A stretch of 64,000 nucleotides of DNA, from assembly GCA_964270895.1 (NCBI GenBank), contig OZ185440.1; one strand, written 5' to 3'. The notes beneath the pieces are model-generated. The model saw nothing but the letters and a program-made list of their open reading frames with translations. It had not been told where the DNA came from and searched no databases. A program made the translations under genes and the position numbers. This DNA is from Podarcis filfolensis. Lineage: Eukaryota. Positions 1 to 11,111 of this stretch are shown piece by piece (position 1 is the stretch's first letter; every line of letters starts with the position of its first letter).

Positions 1-631
1 TGACAAGGGTTAATGTAATTGAAATGGTATAGGTTTTGGGTTCTCTCTGATTAATTCCAGATTACAGAATCTATCTGGAGTTATACATTAAGCATACCTG
101 ACAGCAATCCAAATGGCTGGGATTAAGGGTTGGATTAGGTGAAGGTGTCCCTGTGTCCTGCTCTCCTTGCTCAGCTGGCCTCTTGCTGGCTGCATGAGTG
201 GGCAGGTATGGCCCCTGCTAGTTGTATCCCTGCCAGTGGAAATCGCTAAAATTGAGTGTTCTGAGGGAGGGGCTGAGTTGGCTGAAAATTCACTGGATTC
301 CAAGACACTCTGTGTCATGTGATGGCATCAGGTCCATTCCAAGCCCATTGGTTGAGCCTGCCTGAAGCCTTAGTTGACAGAACTGTTCCTGCTTTTAAGC
401 CCTTCTTGTACTGAGAAAGGAAGTTGAAATGGGAAGGATGCAGGAGTCGAGAGGGAGAGGAGCGCAGTCCCTCTTCTCCCCACAGCAAAAGAGAAGTTGT
501 GGAGGGGAAACCAAATCTGACTAGTACAAACCCCTTCTTCCAACCAACCTGAAAAGTGCAGTGGGACAGGGGAAATGATCTCTTTCCCATTCTCCCTGCA
601 TTGTCTGAGAAAGACACTCTTCAATCTAGGG

Positions 632-767
632 CAGGGCTTCCCAAACTTTGGTCTCCAGCTGTTTTTGGACTACAGCTCCCATCATCCCTAGCTAGCAGGA
701 CCAGTGGTCAGGAATGATGGGAATTGTAGTCCAAAAACAGCTGGGGACCCAAGTTTGGGAAACTCTG
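632..767. mobile_element. hAT (Charlie-like) MITE in the last DR1 intron
   Basis: Termini CAGGGCTTCCCAAACTT...AAGTTTGGGAAACTCTG; largely palindromic; 8-bp TSD atctaggg/ctctaggg (7/8 match). Related copies at 42489 and, degenerate, at 28560 and 40199. Confidence 0.8.
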
Positions 768-1117
768 CTCTAGGGAATTTTAGCTCTTCCTAAAGTTCTG
801 TACCTTTGGAAATACTTTTTCTCATGAGCATCCCTCATTTAGAGTTTGTGTCAAACCCAGCAATATGTTTTTTTAAACACGACGGGAAGTTCTCAAGTGT
901 GCAGCAGGGTTAGGAAACCTATGGACCCACGGATGATGATGTTGTTTGACTTGTGAAGTAGTGGTCCTAATTTCTTCTCTCGAAACAGATCACGAGAGGA
1001 TGCCATAATGTTCTTGGCTTACCTCTAGCACTGATCTCCCCGTGCGCATGTGTGTGTGTGTGCACAACTGTGTTAGGTCATGCTATAGACACTGAACTTG
1101 TGGTTTTGTGTCCCTAG

Positions 1118-1264
1118 GCTAGACAGCAGCAGGCAGAGCTAGCCCAGCAGGAATGGCTACAAATGCAGCAAGCGGCCCAACAAGCACAGCTTGCTGCTGC
1201 CTCGGCCAGTGCATCCAACCAGGCAGGCTCTTCTCAAGATGAAGATGATGAGGACGACATCTGA
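1118..1264 (+). CDS. DR1: DR1 (NC2-beta, down-regulator of transcription 1), last coding exon
   Basis: Acceptor ttttgtgtccctag|GCT. Translates ARQQQAELAQQEWLQMQQAAQQAQLAAASASASNQAGSSQDEDDEDDI* (TGA 1262-1264), matching the Q/A-rich acidic C-terminus of vertebrate DR1. Phase 0. Confidence 0.97.
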   Translation, partial: ARQQQAELAQQEWLQMQQAAQQAQLAAASASASNQAGSSQDEDDEDDI

Positions 1265-1540
1265 TATCTTTTGGGCTGAGTTTCAGTCCCCGCAAGGAAA
1301 TAGTTTTTGCTGGTTTTGCTGTGCAGGACATGAATGCTTACCCGTAACTTTTGTCTGCATCTTGGACCGGCCGTTGGTATTTTAGGGATGTCTGCTGTTG
1401 TGTGCTGTACATGTCGAAACTGTCTCTTTGAACTCTTGAAGACTTAAGGTTCAGTATCATATCAACTTTGGATTTTTAATGGTGTTTATGGAAATTTTAG
1501 ATAGCAGTGTGTCACTTATTTGATCAACAAACAGTGTTAC

Positions 1541-1546
1541 AATAAA
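1541..1546 (+). terminator. DR1: Proximal polyadenylation signal (AATAAA) of DR1
   Basis: AATAAA about 280 nt after the stop codon, in AT-rich 3'UTR-like sequence. Use is inferred. Confidence 0.45.
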
Positions 1547-3107
1547 GTTTATAAAATATAGCAAAATTTATACAGAGGCTCTAAATTCACATTTGCATTT
1601 CTCTTCCCTTTTAACCATAGAATCTTCTGTAGAAATTTTTAATTTGGGTTTTGTTTTGGTTTATTGGAACGGAGCAGCCAAGCAAAGGGTTCGGCATAAT
1701 TGAATTCTTTGTCTTCAAAAACGATATATATATGGCAATATATACTCTGTGCTCATATACCACCAATCTTGAAAAATGATACGTTTTTGCCAAACTAGGA
1801 AAATATATGTTTAATAGTTGTACAGATTGAATTTCTTTTGTATAGAGGTGAAAACAAACCCAATACTTTATTATGTCATCAATTCAGTGTCATGAGCAAC
1901 ATTAATATTTCATTTCACATATTGTCTGCTTTGAAGAATTAAATCTGTTCCTGTTTCACAGCCATTTAATTTTAACTTTAGGTGGTATTAACATGCATCG
2001 TGCATGTTCCAAGTGTTCAAATGGAGTTTGGTGGAACAGAGTTGTTTTAATTCTGTTTTGACTCAGAATGCTGAAATAGTCAGGCCTATGAAAGCAAATA
2101 TTGGAACGAATAAGCATGCTTGCAATGAGAGGAATCTTCATTTAACTCAAAATTACTTTTTTTTGTCAGCACAATATTAACACGACGTTTTCAAGACTAG
2201 TGTACCAATAGAGAAGTTTTATCTGTGAAACTGGCTGCTTCTACATTAGAAACTAGTAGGGTACTAGTTCTAAGTGTTGCAATTCCAAGTTCAGTTTGGT
2301 GACTGAGCCCCAAGACTGACCAACAAGACCTAATTATTCTGGGGCATTATAGGTGTGGATTTTATATATATAACAATGCTTAGATTGTTATTTGTGTTGA
2401 TAATAAGGAACAACAGAGTCCTTTTTAGAATCTGAAAATATACTTGAAGATACATCAGCATATTTTTCTGGTCCTTGCTTGCAGGGAGGTAGAATCTCAT
2501 GCATTGCATATTAATGCATCATGCATCATTACCAAGACTGCAATTTTTAAAAAAACTTTCTAGCACAGCCTTGATGGCTATAGAAATTTATGCAAGAGCT
2601 GAGAATGAATGGAGAAAGTCTTGTCTCTGAAGCAGAGAGCCAAACTGAGAGTCAAATTACGATCTTGAATTGCAGTTAGTTGAGTTTTATGAAGCTTCAC
2701 CTGAAATAACTTGCACCCTTATTTATACACTGGTAGCCGAGAGATAAATTAGTTTGAATGTTAAGCTGAAACACATTTGTGGGTTCAGCAGGAAAAGTAT
2801 TGGGGCAAAATCTGGTGAAAGATTGTCTTCATTAAGGTTGAAGTACCAAAGGGAGAAACACTAGGCTAGTAAAACCAAGTTAATGTGCAGTGTTGGCTTT
2901 CCTAATTTGTACTGTAACACCCTTGCCCTTCCTATTTGAAATAAGTCTTCTTTTTTTAAAGAAAGATATACATTTTCACACTTCTTTTCTGATGCAGAAT
3001 TCAGGTTAATATTTTACTGCATCTGGTATGTATCATAATATGTTTGAATCCCTGTGACCTTTCCTTTGGACATTCTTGTGCTTTTTCATATGCTGTATTC
3101 CTCAAGC

Positions 3108-3113
3108 AATAAA
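3108..3113 (+). terminator. DR1: Distal polyadenylation signal (AATAAA) of DR1
   Basis: AATAAA followed by a GU/U-rich element (tgtgtttttatatt). 1265-3130 contains no recognisable transposon, consistent with a long constrained 3'UTR. Confidence 0.6.
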
Positions 3114-3680
3114 ATTCAAATGTGTTTTTATATTCCACGTTTCAATATCCAACTTTCACGGTTTGTCATATAATAGAGAAACTTACTATTGTTCTGCCAT
3201 GAACCAACTTTGCAAACTTCACGGGATCAAGATGTTCTCACCAAAGAGTTGCCTATAATCGTCCTTCGTGTTAGGGCTGGTTCTTTTCAATTTGCATAAT
3301 TTTCTTCCAGGGACAGAACGTATTCTGTCTAGTCGCATCACGTACAGTTTGCTCGTAGATCCTGTACCATTTCAGCACGTTTTGGACTACCATGCTAATC
3401 ACACTTACCTGGGTGTCAGCCCCAACAGGACTTCCAAGAAGACATGGTTAGGAGTGTGCTGTTTTTTAAAAACAAATCTGTCTAAGTAAGTACTTTTTAA
3501 TTTGTTTAAGGAACCACATTAATTTACTTTTATAGTTTGAGATGACTATTTAGATATTTTGAGAAAGTGTTATTGATATGACTTACTGGCTATGATCCAA
3601 AAATCCAGTACATATATGGAGACTTCCCCTGATGGGAGCTTCCATTCTTCTCCATGATAAATTTCTGGTATGCAGAAATA

Positions 3681-4018
3681 CAGTGGTACCTCGCAAGATG
3701 GAAAACTCGCAAGACGACAGGGTTTTTGGTTTTTTGAGTTGCTTCGCAAGACGGATTTCCCTATGGGCTTGCTTCACAAGACGGAAACGTCTTGCAAGTT
3801 TGTTTCCTTTTTCTTAACACCGTTAATACAGTTGCGACTTGACTTCGAGGAGCAACTCATAGCACGCGGTGTGGTAGCCTTTTTTGAGGTTTTTGAAGAC
3901 TTTGGTGATTTTTAAAGCTTTTCCACAACTTTTCCGAAACCGTGCTTCGCAAGACAAAAAAACCGCAAGACGAAGAAACTCGCGGAACGAATTAATTTCG
4001 TCTTGCGAGGCACCACTG
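3681..4018. mobile_element. Tc1/mariner Tigger/pogo-like MITE
   Basis: TA|CAGTGGTACCTCGCAAGA...TCTTGCGAGGCACCACTG|TA: TIRs and TA TSD; internal GCAAGAC repeats. Confidence 0.85.
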
Positions 4019-5384
4019 TATGTATGTGCTGTATTTTCATCTCAAGCAGGATTAAATTCATTGTGTATAGAATGCAAGATAGATCACTTTTTTCATGTCA
4101 GTTTTAATGGTTTTCTCTTAAATACAACATTATGTCAAATAAATACCGGATTTGTGAATAATTCAACAAGTATATCAGCTATTGTATAGTCTTGCGTTAA
4201 AAGAAAATTGCAATAGAAGCAAGACAATGTCAGAGTTGGAAAATCTCCAGTTTCCGCCAAAGTAATCAGCTCCTTACGTTTTGTGTGCAAATGTTCTCTT
4301 TGGATCCGCTATTTAAAATTTCCTTTCTGGTATTAATTTGCGCTGCTTTTTAAAATTTCTCAGCTTCTGGAGTTGAATGTATGGAAACGGGCATTTTTTG
4401 TTGCGGAATTCCAACGCTTGCGACTGGAAAAAGAACTAGAAGTATGCTAAGAGCACAGAAAGACCCGCACGGCCCAGAAATTGCAAAGTAAGAAATTATA
4501 AAATATCCTGAAGTTATTTTCCTACAGTACTCCCAACCTCCATCTTAAGTAATGTTAGTCATAATTGCAGTAATGCTATTGTGTGGTTTGGGCTCAGGTT
4601 AGTAGCTGTTTCCACATCCATCTCCAAAGCAGTTCATTAATAAATTGAGTTGGGTGTGCATTTAATATTTGCTGCTTGGCATGTATAACAGCTTTTCTGG
4701 CTGCAGTGCACTAGGCAAAGGTTAATGCAAGATCAGTCCCAGGGTGGTGATGGCATAATTAAATGAGAAATTAAACTTGGGGCCTGGGAAAGTGTGGAAG
4801 CATGACGCTGCCTTGCATAGGAGAAGACCTTGGCTGGGATCCAAAATGCTGTGCAAGTACTTCCTCTGTGCTCAGAGAGGCCTTTGGACTCGCTATCCTC
4901 AAACAGAACCTCTCCCTGCCACATGGCAAACTCAGGACTTTCAGAAGCGGTTTCCTTTTTGTCTTCAATGGGAGGCTCCTGTTCAAAGAAAGCAATAAAA
5001 ACAACTCGGCAACAATCCTGCTGGGTGTGCCGAAATCCTTGGGTGTGCCTGAAGTCGCTCTTTGGATTCCAGCCCTTGTCCTGTTTTCACACAGGAGGGC
5101 ATTTTCTCTGCTTAATGTAGGAATATGTGCATTACCAAGCGAGCAGCCTTTTAACAACAACGAAAAGCTTTATCCCCAAATCAGATGAGATGAATTCTCA
5201 ATTTAATTTGCTTTGTTTTCCTTCTGTTCCCTGCCCAAGCCTTGAGCCAGGGGTAGTTTGTAGAGAGACAGACAGGCAGAAGCGAGGATCAGAATTTTTT
5301 ACTTAATATAAAAAAATCCTTGCTGGATCAATCTAGCTTTCTGTCTCCTGCAGTGGTGGACCCCATTTCTCCTAAAGTAGAATA

Positions 5385-5626
5385 TAGTGGTACCTCGAAT
5401 TAAGTACTTAATTCGTTCTGGAGGTCCGTTCTTAACCTGAAACTGTTCTTAACCTGAAGCACCACATTAGCTAATGGGGCCTCCAGCTGCTGCTGCGCCG
5501 CCAGAGCCCAATTTCTATTCTTATCCTGAAGCAAAGTTCTTAACCTGAAGCACTATTTCTGGGTTAGCGGAGTCTGTAACCTGAAGCTTATGTAACCTCA
5601 AGCGTATGTAACCCGAGGTACCACTG
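5385..5626. mobile_element. Tigger-like MITE, family A
   Basis: TA|TAGTGGTACCTC...GAGGTACCACTG|TA; near-identical to copies at 32446, 35009 and 42719. Confidence 0.85.
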
Positions 5627-5975
5627 TAGTAATCTTAGCAAGACCAGAAATTTGTACCAAAGGAATGCTGTGTGTTCTGCAGCGCAAATTTCACCACAAA
5701 GAACCAAGCGAGACATGTTGTGGACTTCCTTTATCTTCTTTGCAGAAAACAGCTGTTTTATGCGTAAGGGTGGGTATATAATTTTCAGCACAGAAACAGC
5801 AAGAGGGGTGGGGAAGAGTTAAGCAGCCCCTACCCTGCTTTCAGCTTCTCAAGAGTGGCTCAAGGAAAATCACACTCAAATCCATGCATTTAAACAGAAA
5901 TAAAATTTAAATTTATTTAGTTCTTCAATATATGGTACATGTTATTAACTGACTTCTTCTGTGTCTCCTCCCCAG

Positions 5976-6055
5976 TCTTGTTTCTTTTAAAAGTAATCAG
6001 CAAAGAAGCTCCACCTGGTGATCAGCCTGTGTTTTAAAAAGCGATGAACTAGAAA
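5976..6055 (+). pseudogene. Candidate relic exon, 80 nt, phase 1 to 0
   Basis: Branch point and pyrimidine tract ttaactgacttcttctgtgtctcctccccag; strong donor AA|gtaagt. Frame LFLLKVISKEAPPGDQPVF*KAMN*K has two stops. Confidence 0.5.
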
Positions 6056-7359
6056 GTAAGTGTGAAACTAGGGCCGTACGTTTCTTTCCTGCTTTGAGCA
6101 ATTGCCTGCGACAAGTGCTACACATAAATTTAATTCCACAACGTCATGCTGTAAGTTCATTGCTATAATTAATATACAAATAACACTGTGCTACTCAGTG
6201 AGCTGCAAGTACTTGATTAGCAGTTTTCTGGAGGGAAATGCTCAAGTAGCTGCTATGTCTGTTGAAAAGAGCAAATGCTTTCATGAAGTATCTTGACTCG
6301 CACAAGCTTCCTGGAGGACAAAATTGTTTGGGGTCGTTTTGTGGATGTCTTGAGTGCAATTAGCTCCCGCCGAACACTCGAAAGCTACTGGCCCAGTGTT
6401 GTTGCTGCAAAGGTTTAAGCTACAGGATCTGCTGCACAGCAAAAGTGATTGGTTGTTACAACTGAGCCTCCAATCTCCCCAGAGACTAACTCATAACTAC
6501 TGTCATCTACTCATGCAAGAAAAATTATTTTGTGTGTTTCAAATTTAGTTACGTTTGGGTGGGTGGACAGCTGTAAGTATGTTGTCCCACTAGGTACCAC
6601 TAGGTGGCGCTCATGCATAACACAATAATTTATTGCGGCTGTTTCATAGTGAAACTTTCTATCTTAAGGAAACTTTCCTTTAATTATTACAAAGGTTTGA
6701 TGATTACCTTTAAAGAAAAACAGGGATATTTTTTCATAATAAGGATGAGTATTTTAAAATGTTGTGTGCGTTAATCTCAGCATTGATTTTAACAATGTAG
6801 GGCCCAGATATCCGAAAGATCAACTCATTTTCTACAGGCCCTCTTGGGTCTTAAAAGACTATCCGAGTGGGCCCAATTGGTAGTTCCAACACTAAATTAG
6901 TTGTGAATGGAGGTGGAAGCCCTGTAGTTATTAAATTTGTTCCCCACAGAAGTGAGTCTGGCCCCTTCATTATGAGCTTCATGTGGTATGCTGAATATAT
7001 ATATACCTGAAATATAGATATACATAGATATAGATAGGTAGATATATGGGCTATTCTGTTCTCTTGACTTTTTTGCACATTGAATGATGGGTAAGAAATT
7101 GAAATTTATCTGTATTTCACGAGATTTATATGCTGCTTGATGGTAATAAAATGTCAAGGCAGTAATAATAATAAAAAAGCTAAAAACAACTATTAAAACA
7201 TAATTAAAATCAGTGACAAGCTGAAGGCCAGGTTGAAACACACATCCACATCCTATGCAATAATGAAATAAGCAATTCTATATTTATTGTTCATTAGGGG
7301 TTTGGAGCTATGTTACTGCTACCCAACCTTTCTGAATGCATTTTGATACTTCTTTAAAG

Positions 7360-7507
7360 CTGAAATCTGCATCAGAAACGCTGAACAAAGTCCAGGGGAT
7401 TGTGGGTTGAGCAATCTTATACTTAGCATTCACCAGTTCAGAGATAGCACTGCTATGTTGGTGGAATGGCTTGCCAAATCCTATGCCCCTCAGTTTAGGC
7501 AGAGAGG
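7360..7507 (+). pseudogene. Candidate relic exon, 148 nt, phase 1 to 2, fully open
   Basis: ttttgatacttctttaaag|CT GAA...AGA GG|gtaaaa. Translates EICIRNAEQSPGDCGLSNLILSIHQFRDSTAMLVEWLAKSYAPQFRQR with no stop. Confidence 0.55.
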
Positions 7508-7624
7508 GTAAAAAGGAAGAACAGTCACAGAGGAAATAGAAATGCAATATATATATATTTGGAAGAGAAAACATGTTTACAAATATACATCTACATATGA
7601 ATCTTCAGGCACACTACTCCTTTT

Positions 7625-7690
7625 CCTGCATTGCAGGGGGTTGGACTAGATGACCCCTGAAGGGTCCCTTCCAACTCTATGATTCTATTA
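7625..7690 (+). mobile_element. CR1-type 3' tail (LINE remnant or SINE tail)
   Basis: gcagggggttggactagatgacccctgaagggtcccttccaactctatgattcta, the typical CR1 terminus with ATTCTRTG-like repeat. Confidence 0.8.
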
Positions 7691-10600
7691 TTATTTTGCA
7701 AATTAATATGAAAGTCCAATGGAACAGACTTATGGGTGAGTCTATATGAAAGTGACACAGACTAGAATTTGACTGATCTGGCTATTCGTACCCCAGAGTG
7801 GCACTCACTTTATTTGGTTTCTTGATTCGAGATCTACAATACAGGACGGGGTATAAAAATTAAATAAATCAAAAATTCAACAAAGGATTAGTGGTTACTG
7901 ACAGTCAGTTAGATTAGCTGTCTCCCCGTACATTTGCATAATATATTTGCACCTATGCACAGAGATCTTTGGCCCCTAGCCTATATATGGCTAGCATAGC
8001 TTATGGGACAGGATACAGTATTGCAAGAGTAGGCTTCCGCTAGCACAATAGAACTTCACCTTCCTCTCCTCTCCCCTGCAGCCCCTCCCCCCATGCACTC
8101 CCAAAACCTTTTCCGGAGGGTCCACCAAACCCCCAGAACAGAATCTAAGGGTGTCAACAGCATTGGACACATTCTGTGTCTTTGGCAGCACTGCAAAAAC
8201 ATGCATGGCTTATACTGGACGTTGTTTGCCAGCCAAACCACTGTGATCTATTTACTTACTGATCTATAATTGCCTGCTCCTCATTAATGCATTTTCCTGA
8301 ACTTTGCCTCGGCAACTGGGGATTTCCATCATCTCCTGGGGAGATTTCTTATAACCATACCACATGCAAATCCCTGCTTTCTGGCACAAAGCTATAAGCA
8401 AATCATAGCAAGAAATGTGCGCCGATTATGCTAATCCAATGTTGCGATTGACATTTTGGCCTCTGAACTCCTCATCCATACATCTACATCAAACATGGCA
8501 ATTACAAAGCATGACAGCTGATGTCATGCTCCATATGCGAACCACTGTTAAAAGAACAGTTTAAAAAGGGATTGTGCATTTCAAAGCGAGTGTTGTGTGT
8601 GCTCTTTTGCTTGAGAAACTTGGGAGTACTGCTAGATCTAAGAAAAGGAGGAAGAAGCTATATATTTTTTCCACTTTCAGCGGTTGTTCTGTACATTTTA
8701 TTTATTTAAAATATTTACAGGCCATTATTCATGACCAAAATGGCATTGCAGAGCAGGTTACACTATTAAATTCTTCAAACGCCAACATGAAACAAAAAAA
8801 TAAAGCAGCAAAAACAGTATAATTTCATCAGAGCAGGCTTCTAATCCAGTAATGACAGCAATATCCAGGCACATAAACAACGTACTTCCAGTTCCTTGAT
8901 TCTCAGAGAATTATATCTTATCAGCAGGAAGCATACTTAAATTGTATCATCAGGATTTTGAGATTCCCTTGTTATGAATCATCGGATTGTTATGGGAAGA
9001 TGAGGTGCATTTTCAGCTCCCCCCTCCGCGTAAAATGGTACCTTTCTACTGTATGCCATTTTTATCTGTTTTAATGGTGTGCTATATGGGTTGTGAAGAA
9101 GGACTGAAAAGAATCATGGTACCCCACACCCCTCATTTTTCCTCCTAGCATGGGGAAGGGTTGAGGTGGCCTGCTTCCTTTTCTCTGCAAACAACAGGAG
9201 CTGTCCGCATCGCCTGCGCTCCTGAGCAATGTTCCACTGTAAACAAAAGGTTGCCAAATAATGGCAGCCTCACAGAAAGACTAATCAGCGTGTATCCTGG
9301 TGATAACTTGCCCCTGAAAAGCTGCCAACGTTCAGATGTGCCAGAACTTTCCAGAGTTTTCATTTGCAAGGGGCTAGAACAGCCAGTTTGTTCAGTCCCA
9401 GAAGAAAACGGTTCAAGCAGAAAGGTGAGGGACAAGGCTCAGAAGAAATGAAGATGGAGCACAACCCGCCAGTCTCAGCAGCAGGGAGGAGGAAAACATT
9501 CCTGCTCCCTCCCGTCTAGTAGCAAGAGAGAGGTTGTGTGAGCAAAGACCCCTTGTTTAAGAACGCTTTGAAGACCAAAGGGAGACCGCACCTCTTTAGA
9601 ATTGACAGCTAACACATTTTTTTTTTAATGCACTTCTACAATGTCACATCAGGGGCTTCAATTCTCCTTTTTTCCTATTTTACAGAAGTATTGTTGTGGT
9701 ACTGATTTTTCTGATCTTTTCTTATTTTAACAAAATATCCTTCCAGTGTAGGTGTGCTTGAATCTGTGGCATGTTTCCAAGGGATTAGCTTCCCCATGCA
9801 TATTTCCTTTAATTAGTCTGCACAATGTGTTGTTTTTCTTAGAGGTCTTCCTCCCAAGTTAACAATGTCCTTGTTTTCACATTCCTTACTTTATGAGATT
9901 TGATCCAGTCCTCCACGGAGATGCTGTAGAAAAATGCAACTTTCTTTTTTAAAGGGTGGTAAATTACACACAAGACTCATGATTCTTTTTTACCATTCAC
10001 TTCTCTCTCTCTCTCTCTCACTGCATCTATTATTTATTCTCTTTAAAAACATGATTTGTCTTGCTTTGTTTTACGATCATGGTTTATCCGTAGAAGCCTA
10101 TACAGTGGCACCGTACAGAGTTATACGGGTTTCTACCAGGGGTGCTGCTAGGTAGTTAAAAGATCTGGGATGTCACAGGACAAAGTTTTGCCTCTGGGAA
10201 GATTCAGGTGGCTGGGATCTCATTGGCATGGTGCTTTGTAGTGTGCCCAGCCACCTTGTAAGTAGTGGCTGAAAAGGGGGAAGAAGAGACTTAAGATCTG
10301 GGGTCCAGAACAAAAGACTTTGGGCTTGGGCCCCATTGGGCAACCCCCAACAATGCCCCTGGTTCCTGTTCCCCAAGGAGCTTAAAATCTAATAGATAAT
10401 GGGAAGGAAAAAAAGGAAGAAAAGTAGTGACACTGGTAAGGATGAATGAAAATGAGCAAATATAGCAGCTGACATTTAGTTGCTATTCAGAATGTGGATT
10501 AAGGGAATGAACCAATGACCACAGAAGTGGGTTTCAAGAAGAAAGCCTATAAGAACATTTGTTGGCATCCATCTGTCCCAAGCGACAATGGAGTGCTCTT

Positions 10601-10861
10601 CCAGGAGTGAAGTCAAACTGCTGCGTTAGCAGCACGTCATGATCTCTCCTAGGCACAAGCCTGGGCAGTGTGTATGAGGTCCTGGGCTGCCCAGACAACA
10701 AGACCCACATCTTGGCCTCGCTAATGTCATTCAAAGGATATCAGAGGTCCTGGGTTGCAGCAGTTGCCAGAAGGAGGTGAACAGGGCGCCATCCAGCTGT
10801 CTTGGGGACTCCACTCTGGATTTGTGTAGGGTTTACTTCTTAGCCTTTTCTTCTCCTAAGA

Positions 10862-11111
10862 CATGGGTAGGCAAACTAAGGCCCGGGGGCCGGATCCGGC
10901 CCAATCGCCTTCTAAATCTGGCCCGTGGACGGTCCGGGAATCTGTGTAGAATGAATTCTGAGTAGAATGTGTCCTTTTATTTAAAATGCATCTCTGGGTT
11001 ATTTGTAGGGCATAGGAATTCATTCATTCCCCCCCCCAATATAGTCCGGTCCCCTACAAGGTCTGAGGGACAGTGGACCAGCCCCCTGCTGAAAAAGTTT
11101 GCTGACCCCTG
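10862..11111. mobile_element. hAT MITE
   Basis: CATGGGTAGGCAAAC...TTTGCTGACCCCTG with perfect 8-bp TSD TCCTAAGA (10854-10861 and 11112-11119); inverted sister copy at 33456-33703. Confidence 0.88.

Larger units (their letters stand above)
3311..9451 (+). pseudogene. Putative decayed multi-exon protein-coding gene, family unidentified
   Basis: Candidate AG/GT-bounded exons: 3311-3446, 3536-3667, 4364-4487, 4707-5763 (MITE inserted), 5976-6055, 6199-6572, 6838-6985, 7360-7507, 8721-9037, 9198-9424/9451. Intron phases are mostly compatible and the translations look protein-like, but there are many stops and several frameshifts. Picked by eye. Confidence 0.5.

Noticed and set aside
3486-3535. 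Strong donor AA|gtaagt at 3486 as the end of the first relic exon
   Set aside because: It would leave a 50-nt intron to the 3536 acceptor, too short for typical vertebrate splicing; the weaker donor at 3447 was used instead, which lowers confidence in that junction.
5019-5030. CWVC motif reminiscent of the retroviral Env CXXC motif
   Set aside because: No LTR, pol, fusion peptide or immunosuppressive-domain context nearby.
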